Part shown: one piece after another, positions 17,869 through 26,162 of the stretch
Layout: each line of letters opens with the position of its first letter
Position numbering within the stretch: position 1 is the first letter of the stretch
Origin: Candidatus Falkowbacteria bacterium RIFOXYC2_FULL_47_12
GTDB lineage: Bacteria; Patescibacteriota; Patescibacteriia; Patescibacteriales; XYC2-FULL-47-12
DNA: 42,277 bases
Reading direction: 5' to 3'
Assembly (NCBI GenBank): GCA_001778285.1
Contig: MFGL01000020.1
Span: 36,881-79,157 of the forward strand
Program-made: the position numbers and the translations under genes
The notes under the pieces: generated by a model
The model's database searches: none
Told to the model about the DNA's origin: nothing
What the model saw: the letters and a program-made list of their open reading frames with translations, nothing else

Positions 17869-18455
17869 ATATTCAGACTGCGTTTTGCCGCCGCGACTGC
17901 TTGAGCATCAAACTTTTTTAAAAATTTTGCCGGAATGCCTGCATACACCGTCCACGCTTCGTACACGCCGCCGCGAGCCAGCGCGTGAGCGCCCAGCACG
18001 ACTCCCTCGCTCAAGATTGCTCCGGGCAGGAGGGTGCATTGCGTTCCGAGCCAGCAATAGGCGCCGATGCGGATAGGCCCGTGCTCTTCCGGGTACAGCG
18101 CGTCCATGATGGCATTCTTTTTGCCCGGTCCGGAGCTCGTGAGCAGTAGGCTGCGATGCGCGATAACCGCGTAATCCTCTATGTGTATCTCACCGCCGGT
18201 AGCTTCACCGAAAACTCCGTAAGAAAGCCAGCATTCTTGGCCGATAGTCACCGGTTGCGCCACTGCTGGCGAGTATAAACGGACGTTCACGCCGATTTTT
18301 GAGCCATTCCCCACTGCCACATTTTTGAGCTGAACGCCGTCACCGATAATAACGCTGTCACCCAAGACGACATTTTCCAAACTGCAAAATTCGCTTATCG
18401 TACAATCAGCGCCTTGCGTAACGTTTATTTTTTTAAAAAAACCGGACAGATCCAT
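17865..18455 (-). CDS. Left-handed beta-helix (hexapeptide repeat) sugar acetyltransferase, WbpD/WlbB-like
   Basis: 196 aa with hexapeptide-type periodicity (VVLGDSVIIGDGVQLKNVAVGNGSKIGVNV...). Confidence 0.8.
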   Translation of the reverse strand: MDLSGFFKKINVTQGADCTISEFCSLENVVLGDSVIIGDGVQLKNVAVGNGSKIGVNVRLYSPAVAQPVTIGQECWLSYGVFGEATGGEIHIEDYAVIAHRSLLLTSSGPGKKNAIMDALYPEEHGPIRIGAYCWLGTQCTLLPGAILSEGVVLGAHALARGGVYEAWTVYAGIPAKFLKKFDAQAVAAAKRSLNI

Positions 18456-18481
18456 ATGTTAAATAGAAATGTGTTTGTTAA

Positions 18482-19900
18482 TTATAATCCGCACCCTTCA
18501 CGGTACATCGCCCGAATTGCGCCGACAATGTAATCTAAATGGCTAGGCTGTAAACCTTGATGAACGGGGAAAAAAATGGCGTTATTGTGGTAATAGTTGC
18601 CGCATTCTACGCCAAACTTCCTGACAAACGCGCTGATTTCCCGCATGCGGGCGTCACTTTCAACTTTGAGCACAAACGCGCCCGGCGCTTCATCCGGCCG
18701 CAGCGTAAAAAAACTTTTCTCCCTGCCCACCAAATTTTCCACCGAGCGGTAGTTTTCTGCCCTTTGTTGGGCATATTCATTTTCATGAGGCAAAAAACCG
18801 GCAAGCTCTTTTAAAATTTTTTCTTCTTTGCCGGCGTCAGCGCAGCCAAACGTATCCCACATATACCGGTAGTCAAATTGCTTGCCGACTAAAAAGCCGC
18901 CGAACTGCAAGGGGAAAAATTTCGTGAGGGAGTAAATAACGTAATCTCCAAAACTGCCCGCCCGGCCGCTGCGCCACGCGTAGGCGCAATCTTCCACGAG
19001 CGTGAGCCCGTTGTCTCGGCAATATTTCTGCAATGCCGCGGTCCGGCCGTTGAAAAAACCGAATTCGTGTATGACAAAGATTGCCTTGGTGCGTGGCGTA
19101 ATTTCCCGGCGCCACGCGCAAGTCTGTTCAATCGCGCTCGTGACGCAGCTGCTGACGTAGGGTGAGTTTGAAGTCGTGTCAATGCACACTTCATCGCTAT
19201 CGGTAAGAACGCCCTGCAACTTCAGCCATTTGCACAGCGCGTAAATCGCGTACATGCCGCGCGGAAAAAATGTATATTCACGGCCGTTGAATTTCTGGTT
19301 TAAAAATTGCGCGACGTCAAAATTTTGATTCGGCTCACCAGCCAAAGCGGCGGCGTCAAACGGCGCAATGGCAATCTGCGGCCGGTACTCCGGCGGCCGA
19401 AGTATGACCGGGTAGCGCTCAGTAGCCCAACCGCTAAAATATTTTTGTAACGCTGGTTTGTACGACGCCCCAATGTCTAAATACGTATATTTTGAATTAT
19501 GAAACGTCTCTACGATATGCCAGATTAAAAGGCTGGAAATTTGTTTTCTACGTCCCTCTTCCGTAACGGCATGAAAATGCAAAAACAGGTGGCCGTCAAC
19601 TTCTGTAACAATGGTGCCACCGGCAACTACATCGTTAAGATAGGCAAAAAACATCCATTGTCTGCTGGCGTTAAGATCAACAGGCAAATCCTCGCGATTC
19701 GGCGGGCAAAATTGATAGAACATTTTGACGTTTTCCGCGTTCCCGGCAACCTGTTTGACAACCGGATTATAGGAGCGCGCTTTTCTGATGGCCGTACGCA
19801 TCCGCTTATCTATTTTTCCCCATGATTTATCTTTATCAAGCGCCAACGAACTTCCCCAAATGACGTAATCTTTGGAAATATAGTTCTGGTATTGCGACAT
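18482..19900 (-). CDS. Fusion protein: N-terminal GNAT/FemAB-like acyltransferase domain + C-terminal shortened DegT-like PLP-fold domain
   Basis: 472 aa. The N-terminal ~180 aa look GNAT/FemAB-like (LFLHFHAVTEEGRRKQISSLLIWH). The C-terminus has FFPRGMYAIYAL, LVEDCAYAW and YSLTKFFPLQFGG (candidate PLP lysine). Confidence 0.55.
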   Translation of the reverse strand: MSQYQNYISKDYVIWGSSLALDKDKSWGKIDKRMRTAIRKARSYNPVVKQVAGNAENVKMFYQFCPPNREDLPVDLNASRQWMFFAYLNDVVAGGTIVTEVDGHLFLHFHAVTEEGRRKQISSLLIWHIVETFHNSKYTYLDIGASYKPALQKYFSGWATERYPVILRPPEYRPQIAIAPFDAAALAGEPNQNFDVAQFLNQKFNGREYTFFPRGMYAIYALCKWLKLQGVLTDSDEVCIDTTSNSPYVSSCVTSAIEQTCAWRREITPRTKAIFVIHEFGFFNGRTAALQKYCRDNGLTLVEDCAYAWRSGRAGSFGDYVIYSLTKFFPLQFGGFLVGKQFDYRYMWDTFGCADAGKEEKILKELAGFLPHENEYAQQRAENYRSVENLVGREKSFFTLRPDEAPGAFVLKVESDARMREISAFVRKFGVECGNYYHNNAIFFPVHQGLQPSHLDYIVGAIRAMYREGCGL

Positions 19901-19904
19901 AGCG

Positions 19905-20924
19905 TCAGCTCAATTCTATAACACGGCCGGAACGCATACTGCTGTCGGCGGCTTCAAGGATACGCACGACCGCCAGACCAGCGCTCGCGTCCACGAACGG
20001 CTCCTCCTCGCCGCGAACACAACGGATAAAGTGCCGCGCTTCGCGCAGGAGCGCTTCTTCAGATTCAAGCTGTGGAATGAAGGCGTCGCCGCTGCGATAC
20101 ACCGGCGTCATAGATGTTTCCTGTAAAAAATCAACGGTAACGCCTCTATCGTACACTTTTACCTTTTCCGAAGGATGAATGTCATCATATACGATCATCT
20201 TCTTACTGCCGCCGATAAGCATTTTACGAATCTTTACGGGTGAAAGCCAGCTGACATGGATATGTCCGACAATGCCCCGATCAAATTGCATGGTGAGATG
20301 CGCCATTTCACAGGCGTTGCGGCTGACATGCCTGGTGCCGGTGGCAAAGACTGAAACCGGACGCAAACCCTCAAAAATATGGTTCATGATTGAGATATCG
20401 TGCGGCGCCAAATCCCACAATACGTTCACGTCCGGCTGAATAAGTCCGAGGTTGATGCGCTCGGAATCAAAGTAGTAGAGTTCGCCGAGCTCGCCGGCGC
20501 GCACGAGCGAACGAATTTTGCGCACGGCGCCGGTGTAGAGGAACGTGTGGTCAATCATAAGCACGCGGTTGCGCTGCGCGGCCAGCGCGCGCAGTTCTTC
20601 GCACTCGCGCACCGTCGCCGCCATTGGTTTTTCCAGCAAAACGTGTTTGCCGGCTTCCAGCGCCTGTTGCGCCAGATTGAAGTGCGTAAATACCGGCGTA
20701 GCGATAAGCACGGCATCAAGCGCGCTGTCGGAAAAAAGATCTTGAACTTGTGTTGTTGTAATAATACCCGGATACTGGCGCGCCAGCGGCGCGAGCCGCG
20801 CTTCGTTGACATCGCAGGCGTATTTTACGCGGCAGTCGCTAAGCAAAGAAAAATTCCGGATAAGATTCGGCCCCCAGTAACCGGCGCCGATGACGCCGAT
20901 GGCAATTGGTTGGTTATTTTCCAT
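19905..20924 (-). CDS. Gfo/Idh/MocA-family NAD(P) oxidoreductase (WbpB/WlbA-like)
   Basis: IGVIGAGYWGPN Rossmann motif and LLEKPMA motif. ATG at 20922-20924 (MENNQP); the track start at 20945 is a TTG. It overlaps the upstream stop by 11 nt. Confidence 0.85.
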   Translation of the reverse strand: MENNQPIAIGVIGAGYWGPNLIRNFSLLSDCRVKYACDVNEARLAPLARQYPGIITTTQVQDLFSDSALDAVLIATPVFTHFNLAQQALEAGKHVLLEKPMAATVRECEELRALAAQRNRVLMIDHTFLYTGAVRKIRSLVRAGELGELYYFDSERINLGLIQPDVNVLWDLAPHDISIMNHIFEGLRPVSVFATGTRHVSRNACEMAHLTMQFDRGIVGHIHVSWLSPVKIRKMLIGGSKKMIVYDDIHPSEKVKVYDRGVTVDFLQETSMTPVYRSGDAFIPQLESEEALLREARHFIRCVRGEEEPFVDASAGLAVVRILEAADSSMRSGRVIELS

Positions 20925-21687
20925 ACGTTTCTTTTTTGCGGGCAATAATAATATTTGTATCCCGCGCGCCGGGCAGCGCGTAGGCGCACAGGCGAAAAAA
21001 ATTCACGTACCACGACCGCGGACTCGCGGCAGTAACCCGCGGCCGCAGGCTCTGCAAATTGCGCGCAGCTATGATTTCAAAATCTAACCAGCGCATCATC
21101 CCTGCCAGCTCCGCCAGCGTATACTCGCGCCAGTGCCCTGCAAAATCTTCTCCCCGCGCAAACCACTGCTTGAGGTGCGCGGACAGGGGCGAGCGGCCGA
21201 AACAAAACCTGACGCGATTCAACAGGTGGCTTAGATTGGGGGTGGCGATATATACCAGTCCGCCCGGCCGCACCGCGCGTTGTATGTTTTCTAAAAATTT
21301 TTTTGGGTCTTTTTGGTGCTCAATGGTGGCAATGCTGATAACGGCGCCATAACGCTCCGCTATATCATCGCGCAAAATGTCTTGAGGCTGAATAGCCAAG
21401 CCCTGCGCATCCCAAATGCGCCGCAAACCATTAATATCATCAATACTAAAGCTATTATTGTCTTTAAAAACGTATTTGTCTATACCCGCTACTTTGTAAC
21501 CGAGCAAAGCCAAGGCCATGTCCAAAATGCCAATTCCGCAACCGACGTCTAATATGCCGGCTGTTTTGGGTATATATCTCGTAATAAAGCGCAGATGCAC
21601 TAAATTGTTATTAAACTCCCAGCGCTGTTTATCACTGTACGGCGCAAGCAGCGCATAAGCTTGTTGCAGGGCTTGGGTGTTGGTCAT
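20914..21687 (-). CDS. Class I SAM-dependent methyltransferase
   Basis: ILDVGCGIGILDMALALLGYKVAGIDK and VRPGGLVYI motifs. The ATG overlaps the upstream stop (ATGA). Confidence 0.8.
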   Translation of the reverse strand: MTNTQALQQAYALLAPYSDKQRWEFNNNLVHLRFITRYIPKTAGILDVGCGIGILDMALALLGYKVAGIDKYVFKDNNSFSIDDINGLRRIWDAQGLAIQPQDILRDDIAERYGAVISIATIEHQKDPKKFLENIQRAVRPGGLVYIATPNLSHLLNRVRFCFGRSPLSAHLKQWFARGEDFAGHWREYTLAELAGMMRWLDFEIIAARNLQSLRPRVTAASPRSWYVNFFRLCAYALPGARDTNIIIARKKETYGK

Positions 21688-22472
21688 ACGGTTACTTTCA
21701 TGCCGAGTTCAGCAAACAAAAATTGCTTTTTACCGCACAAATAGCGTTTGACAGTCTTGCGATTCTCCGGGTTGGTATGGACTACTAATACTGTTTTAAC
21801 ATTTGCGGCCTGCGCGAGTTCTTCAACCTGTGCCATGGAAAAATGATTGGGCGAGCGATGTTTAACCCAACTTCCTTCAATCATTAAAAGATCGACTCCT
21901 TTTAGCTTGTCAACTAAATCGGCAAACGGATGACTTGAACCGATATCGCCGGTGTATACTAAACGCTTGCCTTGGTGCGTGATAATAAAGCCGACCGAAT
22001 CAAAGTATGGAACATGCGCAACCGGAAACGTGGTAATGGAAATCGGTCCGATTTTTGACGTGCCAATTCCTTCCCGCCACGCAACCGGATACTGCTCGTT
22101 TGGTTCGAGCCAAAAAATCTTGCGCCATGCTTCAAAACGCCTCTCAAGCGTTTTGGGGCCAATCATTACCAAGTGTTTGTGGCGCAGACGTTGCAGACTC
22201 CCATTCCGCGCAAACGTCCGGTGCTGGTCATCAACCAGCCGCACGTTAATGAGGCCGAAGGCTTCGCCGGCATGGTCGCCGTGAAAATGCGTTACGCACA
22301 CCGCGTCAATGGACTGCAAATCTATGCCCAATTCAGCCATGCGGCGCATAGCGCCGTAGCCGCAGTCAAGCAAAATGCGCTTACCTCCTGCTTCCAATAA
22401 AAAAGCCGAGGGGTTGGTTTTTTTTGTGGGCACCATGCCGCCAGTGCCGATAATTGTTAATTTCATTGCCAT
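21684..22472 (-). CDS. Metallo-beta-lactamase-fold hydrolase
   Basis: HFHGDHAG (HxHxDH) motif in a 262-aa protein. The AGGAAAG SD sits at 22474-22480. The start could be ATG 22472 or ATG 22466. Confidence 0.8.
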   Translation of the reverse strand: MAMKLTIIGTGGMVPTKKTNPSAFLLEAGGKRILLDCGYGAMRRMAELGIDLQSIDAVCVTHFHGDHAGEAFGLINVRLVDDQHRTFARNGSLQRLRHKHLVMIGPKTLERRFEAWRKIFWLEPNEQYPVAWREGIGTSKIGPISITTFPVAHVPYFDSVGFIITHQGKRLVYTGDIGSSHPFADLVDKLKGVDLLMIEGSWVKHRSPNHFSMAQVEELAQAANVKTVLVVHTNPENRKTVKRYLCGKKQFLFAELGMKVTV

Positions 22473-22500
22473 ACTTTCCTATCATAGCATAAAGAATGAA

Positions 22501-22536
22501 TATGAAAAGCCCGTTGTCTTTAATGAAACAACGGGC
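22501..22536 (-). terminator. Rho-independent terminator after the orphan gene
   Basis: On the minus strand: GCCCGTTGT (plus 22528-22536), a 10-nt loop, ACAACGGGC (plus 22509-22517), then TTTTCATATTC. It begins 11 nt after the TAA at 22548-22550. Confidence 0.7.
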
Positions 22537-22547
22537 TTCGGCTTGCG

Positions 22548-23855
22548 TTAGGAGGATGCGAGCATATATAACCTCTTAATATACTCGCAAAAAATATCAA
22601 GGATGCCGTGCGGGTCGCATCTACTGCCAATCTTTTGCATGACTGGCGAGGCTACCTCCCGCACGCCGATACACTCGGCATACTCTGGCGAAATTCTACT
22701 TTGAAATTCCACCAAAGCGCGCGCCGCGTGCACGGGCGTAGTTATAATAATCACTCGTGCCGGGCGGCCCAGTGTTTCCACGAGTGCTGGCAGATGACTT
22801 GCCACGGTTGCGGCGTTACCAACCGTGTCAATTGCCTCTCCACCAGGGAATATAATATCCCAAAGTTGAGCCGGCGGACACTCGGACAACGGACAACGCA
22901 TGCCGGGCAAATTCCAAAAATTGTCCGGGTACTGGTCGCACAAACATGCTGCGACTATCTCCTCGGCCTCGGTATGCCGCGGAACCACGACTCCCAACTC
23001 CTTTACATCGTGCGGCTGTTGAAAGCCAGATGGACAAATAAACGCATCAGGGAACACCACCAACAGACAACGGGCTTCCCAGCCTAGCCGAAAATCATAA
23101 TGTGCGATAGGGGCAATGACGTCAACGCCGCCCCAATCTCGCTTCAATTGTTCCATTGAAACGAGGCTGCCCGGATGCCCTGCAGGTAACCGGAGTTCTT
23201 CCAGCGCTTGTTCAAGCGTACTAGACAACTCCTGAAACTCTCCTGAAACCGGATATTCTTGGTACATCCGGTCTCGCTCCCGGGATAATTGGATACGCCG
23301 GCTATTAGAAACCGACTCATCCAAATTCAGCAGGGAGAGTTCCTGCGCCCTTTCCCGAACCGCCACGGGCAAGTGACGATTCAAGCGCTCAATCACGGCA
23401 CCGAGCAAAATGTCCGGCACCGACAGTGAGCTAGGGCACTCGTGTTCCGGTGGATTTTTCTGACTGAAGCGGTGGATCTTCAATCCGCAAAAAATTCTCT
23501 GCGCTTCAAGATATAAATTTTCATAGTCTATATCCGAAGCGCCGTTGAGGATATTCACAACGGCTTTAAAATCCACCTCCGGACCAAGAAAATCTGCAAC
23601 AGCGTCTTGTCCGGTCCGGGGCCAAAAATCCATAAGGTTCAACACCTTTGCAAAGGCGTTGAACCGAAATCCCCACCGCCTGGCAAGCTCCTGCCTGCGC
23701 GTTAGCGCAGTAACTTCCCTAAGCGGTTTGACTTTGTTGATAGGCCGGTGGTGCGCCACTGCCACCAGCTTATCAAACCTGTCTTGAATAACCTCTCGGC
23801 ACCACGCCTGCAGTGCCGATTGGTTGAGTTTCAACCACGTTTCCAGCTTCTGCAT
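22548..23855 (-). CDS. Hypothetical Cys-rich cytoplasmic protein: unrecognised N-terminal ~230 aa + DUF218 (YdcF/SanA/ElyC)-like C-terminus
   Basis: 435 aa. ATG 23853-23855 is preceded by AGGAGG (23865-23870, 9-nt spacing). The C-terminal GEAIDTVGNAATVASHL...ARVIIITTPVHAARALVEF resembles the DUF218 pattern (E..nT.eNa ... lVTs.yHm.Ra). I saw no TM segment. Confidence 0.6.
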   Translation of the reverse strand: MQKLETWLKLNQSALQAWCREVIQDRFDKLVAVAHHRPINKVKPLREVTALTRRQELARRWGFRFNAFAKVLNLMDFWPRTGQDAVADFLGPEVDFKAVVNILNGASDIDYENLYLEAQRIFCGLKIHRFSQKNPPEHECPSSLSVPDILLGAVIERLNRHLPVAVRERAQELSLLNLDESVSNSRRIQLSRERDRMYQEYPVSGEFQELSSTLEQALEELRLPAGHPGSLVSMEQLKRDWGGVDVIAPIAHYDFRLGWEARCLLVVFPDAFICPSGFQQPHDVKELGVVVPRHTEAEEIVAACLCDQYPDNFWNLPGMRCPLSECPPAQLWDIIFPGGEAIDTVGNAATVASHLPALVETLGRPARVIIITTPVHAARALVEFQSRISPEYAECIGVREVASPVMQKIGSRCDPHGILDIFCEYIKRLYMLASS

Positions 23856-23906
23856 GGCTGGATGCCTCCTTTATTTTTTTATTTAAAGAACCGCTTGTAA
23901 CCGAAA

Positions 23907-23935
23907 ACTCTAACACGTATCACAAAAAAAGTCAA
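23907..23935 (-). promoter_or_regulatory. Candidate promoter of the orphan gene
   Basis: On the minus strand: TTGACT (plus 23930-23935), a 17-nt spacer, then TAGAGT (plus 23907-23912). Confidence 0.5.
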
Positions 23936-23946
23936 CGATTGTTGAC
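23931..23946. repeat. Perfect palindrome GTCAAC-GATT-GTTGAC spanning both divergent -35 boxes
   Basis: Read directly from the sequence. The 6-bp arms are separated by 4 bp. Confidence 0.9.
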
Positions 23947-23970
23947 ATTTTTGTAATTTTGCAGTATTAT
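23942..23970 (+). promoter_or_regulatory. Near-consensus promoter of the DMT transporter gene
   Basis: TTGACA (23942-23947), an exact 17-nt spacer, then TATTAT (23965-23970). The AAGGGGA SD at 24004-24010 lies 5 nt before ATG 24016. Confidence 0.6.
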
Positions 23971-24015
23971 TGCTGGTCATTCTTTGACAATTGAATCTGA
24001 ATAAAGGGGAACGCC

Positions 24016-24891
24016 ATGATCATATTTGTTGTTCTTTTCTGTCTTTACCATTATGGCGTAGTCTCTGTCGCCATAAAAAAAATCGGCGCTAAGGCAGGTT
24101 CCCGGACGAGAAAGCTCGTCTGGCAGTACTTTTTCGCCGCCGCCTTAGCTTTTATTATGGCGATTGTTAGCGGACAGCTAGAGTTGAGCTGGTCGGTTGC
24201 AATCGTCGCAGCCATTGGCGCTGCCAACGCTTTTGGCTGCTACTGCCAATGGCGGGCTTATGACATTTCGTTGGCCCGCGCCGCAGTCATGTCAAATTTA
24301 GATGACTTGATCGCGGTGTCCCTTGGCTACGCCCTGCTGGGAGAGCTGGGCGTACTGACTCCGACACTTCTCGGCGGGATCGTCGTGTCTATTATTAGCA
24401 CGGCGATCTTTGCGCGAAGTAGATACATTCGCGCCGCCGCAGAACAATCTCCCGGCCGGCTCATCGGCTGGGTTTTGGGCTACAGCCTGATTTGGGGCGT
24501 AGCCATATTCTCCATGCGCTTGTTTTCTTTGCAGGGAATGAGCGTGCCGACCTTTGTCGCCGCTTGGTACGGCGGAGCCTGGGTGGGAGCCCTGCTGATC
24601 TTTATGGCTATGGGGCCAGGAGAAGCGGGTCTATCCCTCACCAGCGTACAAAAAGGAAAAATATTGTTGTTAGCCGTCCTAATTTGGACGGCGCAAATGT
24701 ATGCTAATTGGCTGCGAGGACAGCTACCCCTGACAGTCCTTCAGCCAATTTTATTGGTGGCGGAGATGAGCCTCTGCGCCCTGGTTGGCATGATATTTTT
24801 TGAAGAGACAAAAAAAATGTCTCTTCAAGAAATCATTACTATTATAGTTGCTCTTATGGGAGTAACTATAATAGCAGCTATCAGCCTATAA
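24016..24891 (+). CDS. DMT-superfamily (EamA-like) polytopic membrane transporter
   Basis: 291 aa with about 10 hydrophobic segments and a two-halves architecture. It is the only credible plus-strand gene in the window. Confidence 0.7.
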   Translation: MIIFVVLFCLYHYGVVSVAIKKIGAKAGSRTRKLVWQYFFAAALAFIMAIVSGQLELSWSVAIVAAIGAANAFGCYCQWRAYDISLARAAVMSNLDDLIAVSLGYALLGELGVLTPTLLGGIVVSIISTAIFARSRYIRAAAEQSPGRLIGWVLGYSLIWGVAIFSMRLFSLQGMSVPTFVAAWYGGAWVGALLIFMAMGPGEAGLSLTSVQKGKILLLAVLIWTAQMYANWLRGQLPLTVLQPILLVAEMSLCALVGMIFFEETKKMSLQEIITIIVALMGVTIIAAISL

Positions 24892-24928
24892 CCCCCGTGA
24901 TTGCATAGTTATGTCAATTACTGGGGTT

Positions 24929-26158
24929 TTATTTTTTCTCTAAATACTCCCTTATAATGTCGGCGACTCTCTTAGCATTCTTTCCATCCACCGGATACTC
25001 CTGCTCCATTTTTTCCCGCAGTGAATGATTCAATGGACTGTTTGTATTAAGAAGCTGGGGTAGCACTGCAACCAATTCGTCCATGTGGTTAATGCCAACA
25101 CTAGCTCCGATTCTCACCGGCACAAGCGGCGGGTCATATCCTGCGTTGATGGAAAAATCGCGGTCCGTAATGTGCGCGGTTGGCTTGCGACGGTAAATCC
25201 CGTTTAAACCCTCCGTAGACCATGATGTTAGTACCACGTCAGAAGCGGCGCCAATTTCATCACTGGTAAAATCTTGCATATTGATGATTTTAACGCCTGC
25301 GTCAATAAACATCCGTTCGTACGTTTCATAACGGATATTGTCACGGGGATGGGGCCGAAAAACAAAATAAAAATCGCCGCCTGCTTTTTGCAATGCTTCA
25401 GCCATTTTTTTTATTTTTGCAGGCTCATCCAGAGCCGCCATAAAAGAAATTATTTTATCTTCCGGCTGCAAATGTAATCTCTGCTTAACTTCCCGGGATA
25501 TTTTTTGCGTATCTTCATGAGCGAATCTATCAAAGGCCGGCTGGCCGGTGACTACAATTCTGTCCTCAAGCTCCGGAAATTTGTTCGTAATAAGCTCCTT
25601 GGCGCCCTTGTCTATAACGCATATTTTTTCCGGTAGCGGCAAATCCCTCTCTTTGAGAGCCGATAAATACTCTATAGAGTTGGCGTAATAATCTTCAACC
25701 AAAATTTTTAGAACCCCCGGGAATGTAGCGGCCGCGTACGTATCAATACCCATCTCACTGGACCTATCCATTAAAATAACGTCGGGGATTCCAGTAACGT
25801 TACTGGCTTTCAAAACCATGTCTGGGGGAGTAATATCTTCAGTTAAAAAATTTTTTTGGATGATCTCTTGAGCGCGCCCGTCGGTTACGACATAAATTTC
25901 TATTTCCTCATCGTCGATCAATTCTTTCAATACCGGCTCTAACGCGCTGCCGCTGCCGGGATCGCGCGTCGCCACTAAAAGTTTTTTTTCGTTTCCGGTT
26001 ACCGCTCCTTCCCGCTGAAGGCGAAAAATTTTCGTTTCAAATAATTCCGGCCTTCCTTCATTATAAGGTATTTTTGCCATTCTCTTTTGATAACCAGCAG
26101 CTTCTTCTGCTAATCGTTTTTGCGCTTCCGGAGAAAACGCTTCAAATTTTTTGGTCAT
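24929..26158 (-). CDS. GT-B-fold transferase-like protein, family unresolved (LpxB/TagF/capsule-synthesis-like features)
   Basis: 409 aa. LLVATRDPGSGSALEPVLKEL is an N-domain glycine-rich loop. FRPHPRD and AASDVVLTSWSTEGLNGIYRRKP form a C-domain pattern as in GT-B enzymes. Confidence 0.45.
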   Translation of the reverse strand: MTKKFEAFSPEAQKRLAEEAAGYQKRMAKIPYNEGRPELFETKIFRLQREGAVTGNEKKLLVATRDPGSGSALEPVLKELIDDEEIEIYVVTDGRAQEIIQKNFLTEDITPPDMVLKASNVTGIPDVILMDRSSEMGIDTYAAATFPGVLKILVEDYYANSIEYLSALKERDLPLPEKICVIDKGAKELITNKFPELEDRIVVTGQPAFDRFAHEDTQKISREVKQRLHLQPEDKIISFMAALDEPAKIKKMAEALQKAGGDFYFVFRPHPRDNIRYETYERMFIDAGVKIINMQDFTSDEIGAASDVVLTSWSTEGLNGIYRRKPTAHITDRDFSINAGYDPPLVPVRIGASVGINHMDELVAVLPQLLNTNSPLNHSLREKMEQEYPVDGKNAKRVADIIREYLEKK

Positions 26159-26162
26159 ACAT

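Noticed and set aside
20400-20948. Plus-strand ORF of 182 aa in the GC-rich region.
   Set aside because: It is an antisense shadow of the Gfo/Idh/MocA gene. It is Arg/Ala-rich, as expected from GC-rich antisense frames, and has no start context.
21684-22472. The MBL-fold hydrolase as a possible unusual component (nuclease or lactamase) of the glycan cluster.
   Set aside because: Only the generic HxHxDH motif is visible. The family is too broad for a specific hypothesis. It is noted as the first gene after the terminator and nothing more.
22473-22500. A possible extended -10 promoter (TGCTATGAT on the minus strand, plus 22481-22489) just downstream of the terminator.
   Set aside because: The -10 box lies only 8 nt from ATG 22472. 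A transcript from it would lack the AGGAAAG SD and would have to be leaderless, and the -35 region is poor (TTTTCA). It is possible but not supportable from sequence alone.
23985-23990. A second TTGACA hexamer upstream of the DMT gene.
   Set aside because: No -10-like hexamer lies at 16-18 nt (GGGAAC instead). It overlaps the 5' UTR and SD region of the better promoter.
24892-24928. A possible bidirectional terminator between the convergent DMT and GT-B genes (CCCC...GGGG followed by TTTTATTTTTT).
   Set aside because: The stem is only 4 G:C pairs with a loop of about 26 nt. The T-run is partly the coding end of the minus-strand gene. This is too weak to call.
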